From a virus: a stretch of DNA of 64,000 bases. The DNA lies in the IMG/VR virus record IMGVR_UViG_3300033146_004399, positions 32,001 to 96,000 of that record; one strand, 5' to 3'. Each line of letters starts with the position of its first letter. The first letter of the stretch is position 1. A model generated the notes under the pieces. That model did no database searches, was not told the DNA's origin, and saw only the letters and a program-made list of their open reading frames with translations. Below are positions 40,344 through 52,600 of the stretch, in pieces. A program made the position numbers and the translations under genes.

Positions 40344-40889
40344 ATGGCATTTCCAACAAGTCCAACTGATGAACAAATTTTTGAAGATTATAAATATGAT
40401 ACAAATATAGGAGCTTGGCTAACTGTAGAAGATTTAACTGTTTATGCAAAATATAAAAACAATAGTTCATCATTAACAGGTAATTCTGGTACAATTATAA
40501 ATTTTAATGTTAAAATAAGTGATTCGCTTAATACAGTAACTACTGGAAGTGATTGGAGATTTGTTGCACCATATGATGGAGTATACATTATCAATGGTTA
40601 TGCAGAAACTACTATAGAAAATACTACCCCTGCAGGGTTTTCAGAAATATATTTTAAATATTTAAAAAATGGAACTTTAGCAACTGATCATATAGGTGGC
40701 AAATATAATTATCCACAAACAACATATTCATCGTGTGGAGTTGGCGGAGCGTTTGGTACTACTATAAAATTATTAAAAAATGAGTATATATCTTTTATTA
40801 TAATATATACTTCAACTTATGGTATTATATCGTCTACTAATCCATGGTCTAGTATTTCATATATATCTATAGTAAGAGCAAGTTCATAA
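40344..40889 (+). CDS. Short fibre/adhesin with C1q/TNF-like domain
   Basis: N-terminal FPTSPTDEQ..Y.Y....W fibre motif; RFVAPYDGVYIINGY strand pattern. Confidence 0.55.
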   Translation: MAFPTSPTDEQIFEDYKYDTNIGAWLTVEDLTVYAKYKNNSSSLTGNSGTIINFNVKISDSLNTVTTGSDWRFVAPYDGVYIINGYAETTIENTTPAGFSEIYFKYLKNGTLATDHIGGKYNYPQTTYSSCGVGGAFGTTIKLLKNEYISFIIIYTSTYGIISSTNPWSSISYISIVRASS

Positions 40890-40927
40890 AAATGAAATGT
40901 ATATTTAAGAAAAAAGGAGAAAATAAA

Positions 40928-41665
40928 ATGAAAGACGCTAATTATTACAACAAGAAGTGGAAAAGGTCCCCTATAATATATGGTGGACGAGCACTAAGAG
41001 GTAGAAAAGATAGGATCAACGTAGATGTTAAAAATTTTATAACAACAAACGATGCTATATTAGATAATATAGTAAAGAAATACAGGCTTAAAAAATCATC
41101 AACAGATGCTACGGTATTAGCTGTTCAAAAGTGGGTTGTTAAATTTCTCACGTATAAAAGTGATGATAAAGAAAATCAAACACCTGAATTTTGGCAATTT
41201 CCATTTGAAACCCTGCAATCACAGATCGGTGATTGCGAAGACGGTGCCATTCTTATTACATCACTTTGTATAGCAGCAGGAGTACCTCCATTCAGGGTTA
41301 AAGTATCTGCAGGTTATGTCCAATCAGCACCTCATGCAGAAACCGGTGGGCATGCATACGCAATATATTTAGCGTCAGATTCTGAATGGAGAATAATTGA
41401 CTGGTGCTACTTTCAAGATTCTAACATTAAAGTTTTGAAAAAACCATTGGCCAAAAATGGTGGGCAAAGAAACGCTTATAAAGAGACATGGTTTACTTTT
41501 AATAATGAATATTCATGGAATCAGACTTCACTTAAATTAGGTGGAAGAATTAGTAATGATGTAGCCGATTTATCATCTAATACTAAGGAAGAAACTTTAA
41601 CAGAGAGTAAAACTCAGATGAAAGATATACTAGCTGATATTGATAAGAAATATAAAGCTAAATAA
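40928..41665 (+). CDS. Transglutaminase-like cysteine protease (BTLCP/C93-like)
   Basis: WQFPFETLQSQIGDCEDGAIL (Cys), GGHAYA (His), IIDW (Asp); SD AGGAG before 40928. Confidence 0.8.
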   Translation: MKDANYYNKKWKRSPIIYGGRALRGRKDRINVDVKNFITTNDAILDNIVKKYRLKKSSTDATVLAVQKWVVKFLTYKSDDKENQTPEFWQFPFETLQSQIGDCEDGAILITSLCIAAGVPPFRVKVSAGYVQSAPHAETGGHAYAIYLASDSEWRIIDWCYFQDSNIKVLKKPLAKNGGQRNAYKETWFTFNNEYSWNQTSLKLGGRISNDVADLSSNTKEETLTESKTQMKDILADIDKKYKAK

Positions 41666-41742
41666 ATTTAGAATAATTCAATCTTTATACCAGGTGGAAT
41701 GAAGATAATATAGAATAAAACCTTATTTGGAGGAATGTATAT

Positions 41743-43659
41743 ATGAGTGGTAGAACGAAAATTAAACTACCTTGGCAGACTAGATTCTCTAAAGATGTAT
41801 CTTTAGAAAATGTAAGTTTAACTGATTTAGTAATGCCGGAAGATAAAGCAATACCTGAAGCAACATCACCCAATGATGTTATTAATAGACAATATGTAGA
41901 AGGCGTAATAGGCGGTGGTGGTGCTGCAGTTATTGGACCATCTGAAGATGGAACGTATGATGATGGATTATTTCAAGATTTTGAAGAAACTACAGAAGTT
42001 GGTACTGCAGTTGATAGATTTAATGAGCTTTTTAAAGCTCTTGCACCTGCTCCTGCACCGAGTCTTTCTAATATTGGAATAGCCGATTCTGGTGTGTCTG
42101 GGAAACTATCTTTCGGAACATCGAATGTAATAGCAGGATATACACCCGTTCCAGCTAAAGATGTAGGTGGAAGTTTTACATCCTCAGGAGAAGAAGCTGG
42201 TATCTTTGCGGCTGGAAGAGTAATTAACGGATCCATTGCTGATAATGTTCCAGTAGGTGGAGCAAATAATAGACCTTATCCAGCAAAAGCTTTTGGAGAT
42301 GCCGATCAAGGTTTATTACATCTTGAAGTAAACGGTACAATTATTCATACTGTGGATTTAACAACTTTTAATTCTGGTAATTCATTAAATGGAAACGGTT
42401 CAGGATTTAGTTTATCTACTGCTGCTCCTATTCAATTTGATTCAGGAGAAACATTAGACTTATTTAATTATAGAACAGGAACTTGGACAGTAAGTGCTGC
42501 AGATCAAGTCAACGGATATAATGTCGTAAAAGTGAGACACGAATACACGGCCGGATCATTTAGAGATACTAATATATATGGTTGGGTTATCGACAATGAT
42601 ACAACAGCAACAACATTTACAAGCGAAAACGTAGCAAATCCATCAATGTCTGGTATAAATCAGATTTCTGGTGTTACATATCATACAGCTGGTACAATTG
42701 ATTATTCAGTAACTATATCTAATCCGTATAGAAACACATACTCATCTTCTGGAAGTGCTGTTAATTATACTGGTACCAATATATCCCCAGTAGATGAACC
42801 GTTGGCGACGCCATCAACTGAAACGCAAGATGTAGCCATAGTTGCAAAAACTATAGCAATAAGTAGTGTTAGTAGAATGTTAAACGGGAGTGTTGAAGTT
42901 GGTGTTACTTTAGACAGAACAGTACAAGGTGATTTATCTTCATCCGGCGACTCTTTAGCAGGTTTCCTTGTAGACGCAACTACTGATTCTTCCACTGATA
43001 CTTCTGAACCATTCAATGGTGAAGGTTATAGACTCCATACAGGGTTAGTTTTAACTGATACAAATTATGGAAGTGGAAAAAATGCTTCAGCATACGATTG
43101 GGATTCTTCACAGAATTTAATGTCAGGTGGGGCAGATTATACTACTGGACTTTTAATTGCTAACGGACAATTGTCTTACCCTTCACAAACTAATCATATA
43201 CCAAATATTGCTGGTGGCGATTTCAGTTCTGTAACTTATGGTCCTGGTGGAAATCCAAATTATGCAACAGCTTCTGGTAATAGAACATATCTTAGATATT
43301 TTTATTCTTCAATGTCCTATTCAAATTTTAAATTAGCTCTTGCAGTGACAAATACATCTTTTGTGACTACTGCTACTGGTCCTTCCGCTAACAATGTAAC
43401 GCTTGAAATACTTGCACCTAACACAACAAAAAATACTGGCGGTACGGTTGAGTTTAAAGATGCTGTAGAACCGCATAACGCAAACGATAAAGACATCGGT
43501 TGTTTCGCATCAACATTCGGTGATACAATTCCTACAAATTGGGGATTAACTCTTGGCGCAGAAAACACATCAACTTCTGGTCAAGTAATAGTAGTTCGAA
43601 TCACTGCATCTTCAGCATGGACTGGAAGTATTGATTCAATGAACATAACTTGGCTATAA
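41743..43659 (+). CDS. Virion structural protein (638 aa), paralog of C-terminal third of 10499 ORF
   Basis: Colinear shared motifs DADQGLL/DADKGIL, SGVTY/SGVRY, EGYRL/EYYRL, WDSSQNL/WNSEQQL. Confidence 0.75.
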   Translation: MSGRTKIKLPWQTRFSKDVSLENVSLTDLVMPEDKAIPEATSPNDVINRQYVEGVIGGGGAAVIGPSEDGTYDDGLFQDFEETTEVGTAVDRFNELFKALAPAPAPSLSNIGIADSGVSGKLSFGTSNVIAGYTPVPAKDVGGSFTSSGEEAGIFAAGRVINGSIADNVPVGGANNRPYPAKAFGDADQGLLHLEVNGTIIHTVDLTTFNSGNSLNGNGSGFSLSTAAPIQFDSGETLDLFNYRTGTWTVSAADQVNGYNVVKVRHEYTAGSFRDTNIYGWVIDNDTTATTFTSENVANPSMSGINQISGVTYHTAGTIDYSVTISNPYRNTYSSSGSAVNYTGTNISPVDEPLATPSTETQDVAIVAKTIAISSVSRMLNGSVEVGVTLDRTVQGDLSSSGDSLAGFLVDATTDSSTDTSEPFNGEGYRLHTGLVLTDTNYGSGKNASAYDWDSSQNLMSGGADYTTGLLIANGQLSYPSQTNHIPNIAGGDFSSVTYGPGGNPNYATASGNRTYLRYFYSSMSYSNFKLALAVTNTSFVTTATGPSANNVTLEILAPNTTKNTGGTVEFKDAVEPHNANDKDIGCFASTFGDTIPTNWGLTLGAENTSTSGQVIVVRITASSAWTGSIDSMNITWL

Positions 43660-43673
43660 AAATAAAAAGGAGT

Positions 43674-44783
43674 TTATATTATAAGCTCCTTTTTTAATAC
43701 GTCTTTAATATTTTCATTATATTTTATTCTAATTAATTTTATATTATTATCTAAACAATATTGATTTTTAATTTTATCATTTTGTTGTATATATTTAAAA
43801 CCTTCTTCTCCGCCAAAAAAATCTATAGGTTCATAATGTTGTTTTCCATCGTATTCTATTAAAAGCTTATCATGTATATAAAAATCAAATGGAAGAGGAA
43901 GAATATTTTTACAGTCATTAAATCTTTTTTGTCTTATATATTGTATATTTTTATTATCTAAATAATGAGCTATTGCTTTTTCACCTTTTGATTCATTGCA
44001 TACCGGGCAACCTGTGTCACCATAAATATGATTTCTTGCTATTTGTTCAAATACTCCATGAATAGGACATATTATTTTAATTTTTTCTCTACCTATTGTA
44101 TATTTAGAAAGAGAGTAGTTATATTTATTACTATGTATTAATTTTGCTTTTTTTATAAATTTTTTTGTATCAATTCTGCTTTTCAATCTATAACATTTAT
44201 CACAACCTGCTCCATTTAAATGCGCAGGCGGGATTTGTTCAAATATTCCATGTTCTGGACATATTATTTTAACCTTGGTATTTGCATTAATATAACTAAC
44301 TAAAGAATAGTTATATTTACTACCATGTATTTGTTTAGCTGTAGTAATAAATTTTTCTTTAGTAAATGATTTTATACTTTTTATATAATTATGTTGACAT
44401 TTAATGCATCCTTTGCCACTTAAATGCGCATCTGGTCTTTGCTCAAATGTTCCGTGGATAGGACATATTATTTTAATTTTAGTTTTATTGTTTATATATT
44501 CAACCAAAGAATAATCATATTTATTGTCATGTTTTTTAGAAGCTTGTTTTATAAAAGTTTCAAGTGTTTTAGTTTTAAATTCTGTTCGTTTTCTTATACC
44601 ACATTTTTTACATCCTCTATTGTGTAAATGATTTTTGGGTGTTTGTGCAAATATACCGTGTTCAGGACATATTATTTTAACTTTAGTTTTATTATTTATA
44701 TATTCTACTAAAGAATAATCATATTTATTATTATGCACAATATTAGCTTCTTCTATAAATTCATTTAGCGACTTTCTCCCCAT
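43674..44783 (-). mobile_element. Homing-endonuclease-like gene (four DUF723-like repeats + Vsr/DUF559-like nuclease)
   Basis: KYDYSLVEYINNKTKVKIICPEHG repeats; LPFDFY..LIEYDGKQH; start MGRKS at 44783. Confidence 0.8.
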
Positions 44784-44878
44784 ACATTTAATTATGCTTT
44801 TATACAATAAAAGCAAGACTATTGGTAATAAATAACTTAAGATAATTAAATATAACGAAATATAAGGAGAAATTAATT

Positions 44879-45775
44879 ATGGCATTTATTGATAAAACTA
44901 AGGCGAATATAGCATATAAAAGAGTATTAGGCAAGATTCATACATCTAACGACAGAGAAGCTTTTAATGAACCTCTCTCTTCAAAATTTTTAATAGCAGC
45001 GCAGGATATATGGGCAGAAGATGTTCCACCTGTACCTGTTAGCGGAGGCACTTCAGTGGTAAGTGATCTTTTAGATTTGAATTTAGTACCGGTTTCGGGT
45101 ACAGATAATACTGGTATTTTCTCTGCTTACATGCTTAAACTAGGTGCTACTGTTCCTGCTTCACTTGTTGGTAAAAAAAACCGGTTGACTGGTGCAGTTT
45201 ATGCTGCATATGATAGAGTTGGGCAAATCATACCTATGGACATGGGGCCTGGTTATCAGCCTAAACCTTATGAAGGCACAACAGCAGTTTTCCCAATGGA
45301 TGCAAGTGATTGGTATATCGATAACTTCTCTGGTATTTTAACTCAAGAAACAGATAATCCCTCTTTCATGAGAGATTATACTCAAGCAAATTCTAAATTT
45401 CAATGTTATGTTTATATTGGTAAAATGATTACCGAAGCTTTTGGCGGTTTGGGTGGTGGTGCAACATATAATTTCTTTGATAAACAAAGTCCACAAGTTT
45501 TAGACGGACCTGGTGGGAATATAATTACAGCAGCTAATGGTATATCTGGGGACCAAGACGGAGTTAATAGAGTTTTTACTCTTAATGCTGCATGCGATTA
45601 CAATTCAGAGCATGTTTATATGAATGGTTCCCTTATGCAAGCTGGTAAAGATTATACTATAGCTGGAAGTGTAATAACTTTTTCAAATTCAGTAGAAATA
45701 TCTACTGGTGTATTCGCAGATAGAACACCCGAACCTACAGACTTAGTACAAGTTTCATACAGAGAAGAAGCTTAA
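44879..45775 (+). CDS. Probable virion structural protein
   Basis: C-terminal VYMNGSLMQAGKDYTIAGSVITF module shared with fibre proteins; SD AAGGAG. Confidence 0.7.
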   Translation: MAFIDKTKANIAYKRVLGKIHTSNDREAFNEPLSSKFLIAAQDIWAEDVPPVPVSGGTSVVSDLLDLNLVPVSGTDNTGIFSAYMLKLGATVPASLVGKKNRLTGAVYAAYDRVGQIIPMDMGPGYQPKPYEGTTAVFPMDASDWYIDNFSGILTQETDNPSFMRDYTQANSKFQCYVYIGKMITEAFGGLGGGATYNFFDKQSPQVLDGPGGNIITAANGISGDQDGVNRVFTLNAACDYNSEHVYMNGSLMQAGKDYTIAGSVITFSNSVEISTGVFADRTPEPTDLVQVSYREEA

Positions 45776-45798
45776 TAAAGAGAAATTTAATATATAGA

Positions 45799-45824
45799 GG
45801 CTGGATTTAAATCCAGCTTTTTTT
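45799..45824 (+). terminator. Intrinsic terminator
   Basis: GCTGGAT-ttaa-ATCCAGC followed by T7. Confidence 0.8.
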
Positions 45825-45845
45825 ATTAAAAGCATAATTAAATAT

Positions 45846-46571
45846 ATGGGCAAAATTTTAACAACTGAAGAATTTATAAAAAGAGCTAAAGAGGTGCACA
45901 GTAATAAGTATGATTATTCAAAAACAAAGTATAAATTAGCCAGAGAAAAAATTGATATAATATGCCCAATTCATGGTTCTTTTAAACAACAGCCAAATCA
46001 TCATCTGAAGGGACACGGATGTGAAAAATGTGGTCATGTTAAGACTTCAAGTCATCATACGAAAACTGTTCAATATTTCATAAAAAAAGCTAAAAGAATA
46101 CATAATAATAAATATGATTATTCTTTGGTTGAATACATAAACAATAAAACTAAAGTTAAAATAATATGTCTAAAACATGGTATATTTGTTCAAACACCAG
46201 ATAATCATTATAAAGGTAAGGGTTGCCCAGTTTGTAAAGAGAGTAAAGGTGAAAAGGCTATAGCCCATTATTTAGACAATAAAAACATACAATATATAAG
46301 GGAACACAGATTCGATAATTGTAAAAATATTCAAGCGCTACCATTTGATTTTTATCTTCCTGAATATAATATATTAATAGAGTTTGATGGAATACAGCAT
46401 TTCTCCTCAAATTTTTTTGGTGGAGAAAACGGTTTAAAATATCGAAAACAAAATGATAAAATTAAAAATCAATATTGCATAAATAATAATATTAAGCTAA
46501 TACGGATAAAATATAATGAAGATATAAATTTAATATTAAACACGTTGGTCAGTACGAATACCTGTTTATAA
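45846..46571 (+). mobile_element. Homing-endonuclease-like gene (two DUF723-like repeats + Vsr/DUF559-like nuclease)
   Basis: Same repeat and LPFDFYLPEYNILIEFDGIQH motif. Confidence 0.8.
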
Positions 46572-46678
46572 CACTTCCTTGTTTTTAAAATATTTAAAAT
46601 TCTTTTTAAATAATACCATACTATCTCCGTCTTAATGTATAAGATAATATAAGAAATTAAAATGACAGGAGGCACAAA

Positions 46679-49600
46679 ATGCCGAGATTAAGATCGGAGC
46701 AGATTCAAAATTTAACATTAACTAACGCCCAAATAGGTGATGGTTATACATATGATGCTAATGGCGTCCAAATTGCTGGGTTTGATCCTACAAGATTAAT
46801 AGATCAGCAAAAAATTAAAGATTTAGAATTTCAACCTAATGGTTGGATTTCTCGTGGTATTGTAAATAAAGTAGATGTTTTGCCGGAATGGACAGCAGAC
46901 CTAGAAGGTCGTCTTTTTTATATTGATAGTACTGACCAATTATACTTAGGTATAGGAACAGAACCATGGTTTATATTAATAAGTGGTGATCAGGCTTCAG
47001 GATGGGATGCTGAACTTACAACCCGTATGGGATCAGATGGTACAAATTGGAATGGTACAATGGCTACACAGTTTCAGACTCTCTCTTATACATTTGCAGC
47101 TGATGGTTCAGATTTGTTTGTATATGTCAATGGTTCATTACAAAGATTAGATCATGATTTTGAAATTGTAGATGAAAGAACTATTAGAACTTTACGAAAT
47201 CTAAATGCTAATGACGTAGTAACTATGTTGGTTATTTTATCCAACTCAATGTTAAATTACGCAACTAAAGCTTGGGTATTTGAAAAAATACAGGCTGGTG
47301 GTATTAATCATTCTCTCGATGCTGCTTATGATGACGGAGCAGTGGTAAGCGTTGATTCTCGAGATGTAGATTGGAGATTAGCTCAAGATACTAAATTTAT
47401 AGTAAGTGAAGCTATATCTGGTATAGCTCTTCCTGCTACACATTTAGGTACTAAAGATATAACATCAGGTCACAATTGGCAAACAAGATGGCAAACATTT
47501 GATGTCGTATTAACTAATGCTGGTACAGTTACTGGACCCAAAACGGTAACCTTAAACAATCCAACAGTAACACTTGCAGAAGTAGCAACAGAAATTAGTG
47601 AAGCTTTAGTTACAGCTGGTATTTCAAATTTATATGGTTTTGGTGATACTGGCTTTGCAGGTCTTCAATCAACTGTAGTAGGTAATGACATATCTTTTAC
47701 TCTTGCATCTGGGTCGAATGCACTTCCAATTTTTGGTCTTGCACCACAAGTAGTATTGGGTGATGATGCTTATTCATCTTACCATGAGTTTGGTTTAGAT
47801 GTAGACGCATCTAGTGATGCAGGCCTTGAAGCTGGAGAAAAATTTTGGTTTTCAGTAAATGGAACAGAATATTTTATTACAACTGGTGCCAACGCAACAT
47901 ATGACCAAGTACGTTCTTCAATTGATACAGTATTAGATATTTCGGGGTTTGCAGCCTCAACTGAAGGCGTTTCACCTAATCAAGATATTCGCGTGACAAC
48001 TGATTTAGTTGGATTAGCTAATCCAACAGTGTTAGCTGATATCAATTATGCTGGACAAATTGAAATTACTCAAGTAACTACAGTAGCTGACGTTAATAGA
48101 TCTTTAGATGGTAAATATTTTGCTATTAATTCTATTGATGCTAATCTTTTTGGACATGAAAAACCTTACTATGTTTGGTATCATATTGATGCTGAGCAAG
48201 AAGTAAGTACCATAACTACTACAGCTGAAGATTCAAATGTTACTCTTGCAGGTTCATATTTTGATCTTCATTCACCTACAACAGATTATTTTGTATGGTT
48301 TGAGGTAGAAACACCAGTGTCTGCTGGTTATCAAGAACTTGGTTTGTCAGCACTTAATGCTGGAACAACTACTGGTTTAACAGAGAATACAACTTATTAT
48401 TTTAAGGTTGCAGTGGATGGGCAAGCTCAGCAAGAGTTTAACATCACAACAGCTCCAGATATTCAACCGGTTGCGGAAATTACAGATGTAACTTTCCCTG
48501 CTGATGTTGCTCAAACATATTCTGGTAGGTATTGGGAATTAAATTCACAAACAGGTTCTGGTTATTATGTATGGTATAATATAGATACAGCTGCTGGATC
48601 AGAAGTTACTGATGTAACAACTGTTGCAGACACAGCGCAATCTCTTTCGGGGTTACAGTTTGATATACATACTCCTAGTCAACAATATTATGCATGGCTT
48701 TCTATGATGACCGATCCAGGTCTTCCAGAATTAGCAGAAACTACAGATATAACTACTGTCGCTGATGTTGCACAATCTCTTTCTGGTTCAACATTTTATA
48801 TAAATTCTGCGGATGGTTCACCATACTATGTGTGGTATGAAATGATTACAGATCCTGGTGCTGCTGCAGTTGGTGAAATATCTGAAATAGTAACTGTTGC
48901 AGATAGTGGTCAATCTCTTTCTGGTAAATATTTTGAAGTAAGTACAATAAGTACAGATTATTATGGTTGGTACAGAATGTTGGTTGCCGGTCCTGTCGTT
49001 GGCCAAGAAGAAATTACAGAAATAACAACCGTTAGTGATGCTGCTAAATCTCTTTCCGGAACTTATTGGACATTTAATACTCCTTATAACGAATATTATG
49101 TTTGGAACAGAATGGAATTGACTGCCGCAGAACCTGCTACTGCTGAAGAAAGTACAGCTACTTTTAATTCAAATGTTGTCGGCGATTACGCTGGTCAATA
49201 TATTACAATCCATAATTTTACAACAGCTTATGATATTTGGTTTGATACAACTGGTAGTGATACAGCGCCGGCTGGAGCGATTTCAAATCCAATTGTTGCT
49301 GATATTTCTGGGGCTGCGGATGCAACTGCTATAGCTCTTATTGTAGTTAACGCGGTTAAAGCTGCCACAACAATGTTTTCAACTTCATCGTCTACAGGTG
49401 CTACTATAACATTTGTTGAAGATAACGCTGGTGCTCAGAACAATTCTGCAGACGGTTCAAATGCTGCAGACGTTGACGTTGCAACTTCAGTAACTGGTGC
49501 AGACTATGTTGTTGCTACTTATTCTACAGACCCTGCTCCTGCTTCAAAAACTGGTGTTCAGATTAATGTTGCTGAGAATGATGCTAATACAGTGATTGCT

Positions 49601-52600
49601 TCTGCTATAAATACTCAAATTAATCTTCTTGGTGATGTATCATCTTCAGTACTTGGTGCTGTTATAACAATAACAAATGATGATATTGGTGCTGTTGCAG
49701 ATGCTGTTGATGTTGATTCTGGTTTCTCTACAAATGTAACACAACAAGGTATTTCATCTGCTCCTGCTACTTATTCCACAGACCCTGCAGTCGTTGGTAA
49801 AACGGGAATACAAATTAATATTGCTGAAGATGATAGCGCTGATGCTGTTGCATCTGCAACACAAACGGTATTAGACGGCATGGCTCAGTTTGATGCTGGT
49901 GTTGTTAATAATACTGTAACAATTACTGCTACTACTTCTGGTGCTACGGCTGATGCTACTGCAGGTAATTCTGGTTTTGCGGTTTCAACTACGCAACAAG
50001 GTTCAGATTATATTGCCCCTACTTATTCTACGGATCCTGCACCTGCTTCAAAAACTGGTATTAAAGTTGTAATAGCTGAAGATGATATTGCTGCCGATGT
50101 TGCAGAAGCAACACGAACTGCTATTGATTTACTTGGAAGTTTTAGTGCTACAAGATCAAACAGCACTATTACTATTATTGATGCTACAACTGGTCCTGTT
50201 ACTGATGCTGTTGATATTGATACAGGTTTTGCGATTTCTGTAACTCAACAGGGTCAAGATTATATTGCTCCTACTTATACAACTGAACCCGCTGGTACAG
50301 GCATTGGTATTAAAGTTGATATAGTGGAAAATGATACAAATATAGCAGTTGCTCAAGCTGTCGAGGCTGCATTTAATGGAACAGTTGGTTTTTCAGCTAC
50401 TCGTACAAATGAAACAGTAACTATAACAAATGATGTTGGTGGAGTTGCAACTAACGCAGCAGCTTCAAACTCTGGTTTTACAATTAATATCGTTGAACAA
50501 GGTTATGAAGCTTATAGTTCTACAGACCCTGCTATTATTGGCCGTACTAGTTTACAAGTTAACATAATTGAAAACGATACAGCAGACGCAATTGCTGCAA
50601 AAACTTCTACTGTTATTAACGCTTCAGCACATTTTTCATCTAGTGCTTCTAATGATACGGTAACAATTATTGATGCTAATGGCGGTGCTGTTACAGATGC
50701 TGTTAATGTTGACATTCCTGCTGGTTTTTCGGTTAATGTTTCTACTCCTGGTGTAGATTTTATATCTGCCGATGTTTCTTGGGGACAAATTCTTACATTA
50801 TTAAATGTTTCTACAACATCAGCTGCAACCTGGGCGTTTAATAATGGTGATATTAGACTTACTTCTGATACTATTGGTTCTTGGACTGCTATATCGTTAG
50901 CTGCTGGCACTACTGGAAATGATTTTTTCAGTTCTGTGAATGATTTTGTATCTTTTGATGCTGAAATTCCTGGTGTCTCTTCTTATTCTGCTCAACCTGC
51001 TGGCGTAGGTACTCCTATTAAAGTGCCTGTACTCGTTGGTGCAAACGCTGTTAATGTTGCTTCTTCGATACAAACTGCTGTTGATACTGAAGGTGATTTC
51101 AATGCTGCTGTTGGTGTAAATGTGGGTGTTGATGATCACATTATAACAGTTACAAATGTTGCTACTGGTTTTGTTACAGATATTGCAGATCATGGTACTG
51201 CTTTTGGGCTTACTGTTTTTAATCAAGGTGCTAACGAGTCTACAGACCCAGTTGGTATAGGTACTGGTATTCAGGTTGATATCAATAAAGATGATAGTGC
51301 AACTGATGTTGCAACAAAAACACAAGCGGCTGTTGACTCTGATGGTGAATTTTACGTTACCAGATTAGATGCTGTTCTTTCAGTACAAAATGATTTCTCT
51401 GGTGCTGTTACACTTGCTGCTGATGTTGATTCTGGTTTTGCTTTTACACGGACTGGTCTTGGTGAAGATGTTAAATATGGTATTTTTAGTGCTAATGGTT
51501 TAAACATAACACTTCCTGCAGCTGTTGATGGTATTGATGCTGTTCCAGCGTCTATCGCTGTTGGTACTGCTGATTTATCTGGTGGTTATAATTTTTACAC
51601 ATTTCCTAAAGACTTCGCAGTTGTTATTAGCGGTGAACCTTTAGTTGAAGTTTTCCTAGATGAAGCAGCTTATAATGCAAGTGAAGTAGTTAGTAAAGCA
51701 AATACAAAAATAGCTGATGCTGGTATTACAAATCTTGAAGCTTATCAAGAAGCTGGACATATAGGTTTTAGAACACTTCTTACTGGTTTAGCTCAAAGTC
51801 TTGATCTTAGAGATTCATTATCTGATGCTCTTGTGACTCTTGGTTGGACAGCAGGTATTTATTCCGGTACGTTAGGTCCTGCAGATTCTATCTTTCAAGT
51901 TGACGCTCTTGCATCTGGTAATGAAATTAGATTTGATGCTGATGTTTTACCTCTTGCAACCGGTACAAATAACATTGGTTCTGAAGATTATAAAGTTAAA
52001 GAAATTTGGGCTCAAGATGCTCACTTTGATGCCGGTACAATTTATATTGGTAATGCAAAAATATCAGAAGAAACTAATGAATTTGCCTTTACTGTTGATG
52101 ATGGTGTTAATGAATGGGATCATTTTGGTAATACAAACTCCGCTATTGCTCCTGTTGGTGCTGACAGAATTGGTGTTGCTGGTGTTGTCGGTGTTATTCC
52201 TGAAATCAGTGGTGGCAGTGCTGCTCCTGGTGATCCTGGTACTCTTCAAGAAATGCTTACTGGTTTTGCTAAAAGCGCTGGTGGTGTAAAAGTATTTCCT
52301 GATATGGGAACAACAACTGGTACATACGGCGATCCAACTAATCTTAAAGGTTTTTTACTTGAAAAAGCTGCTGGTCTCTATTTAAAAGTTGGTGAAATTG
52401 TATATATTAAAGACATTAACCGTTCAGTTATGGTACTCTTGCAAGGAACCGGTGTGGTTGAAGATTTCGACTGGACATACTTAGAAGGTGCTGTTCATGC
52501 TGTTGGTGGAGAGAGCATTAAATATGACTTAACTGCACTTGATGCTAATGGTGCTCCTACTACTGGTACTCTTCCAGTTGATTCCTTTTATGTTAAAACT

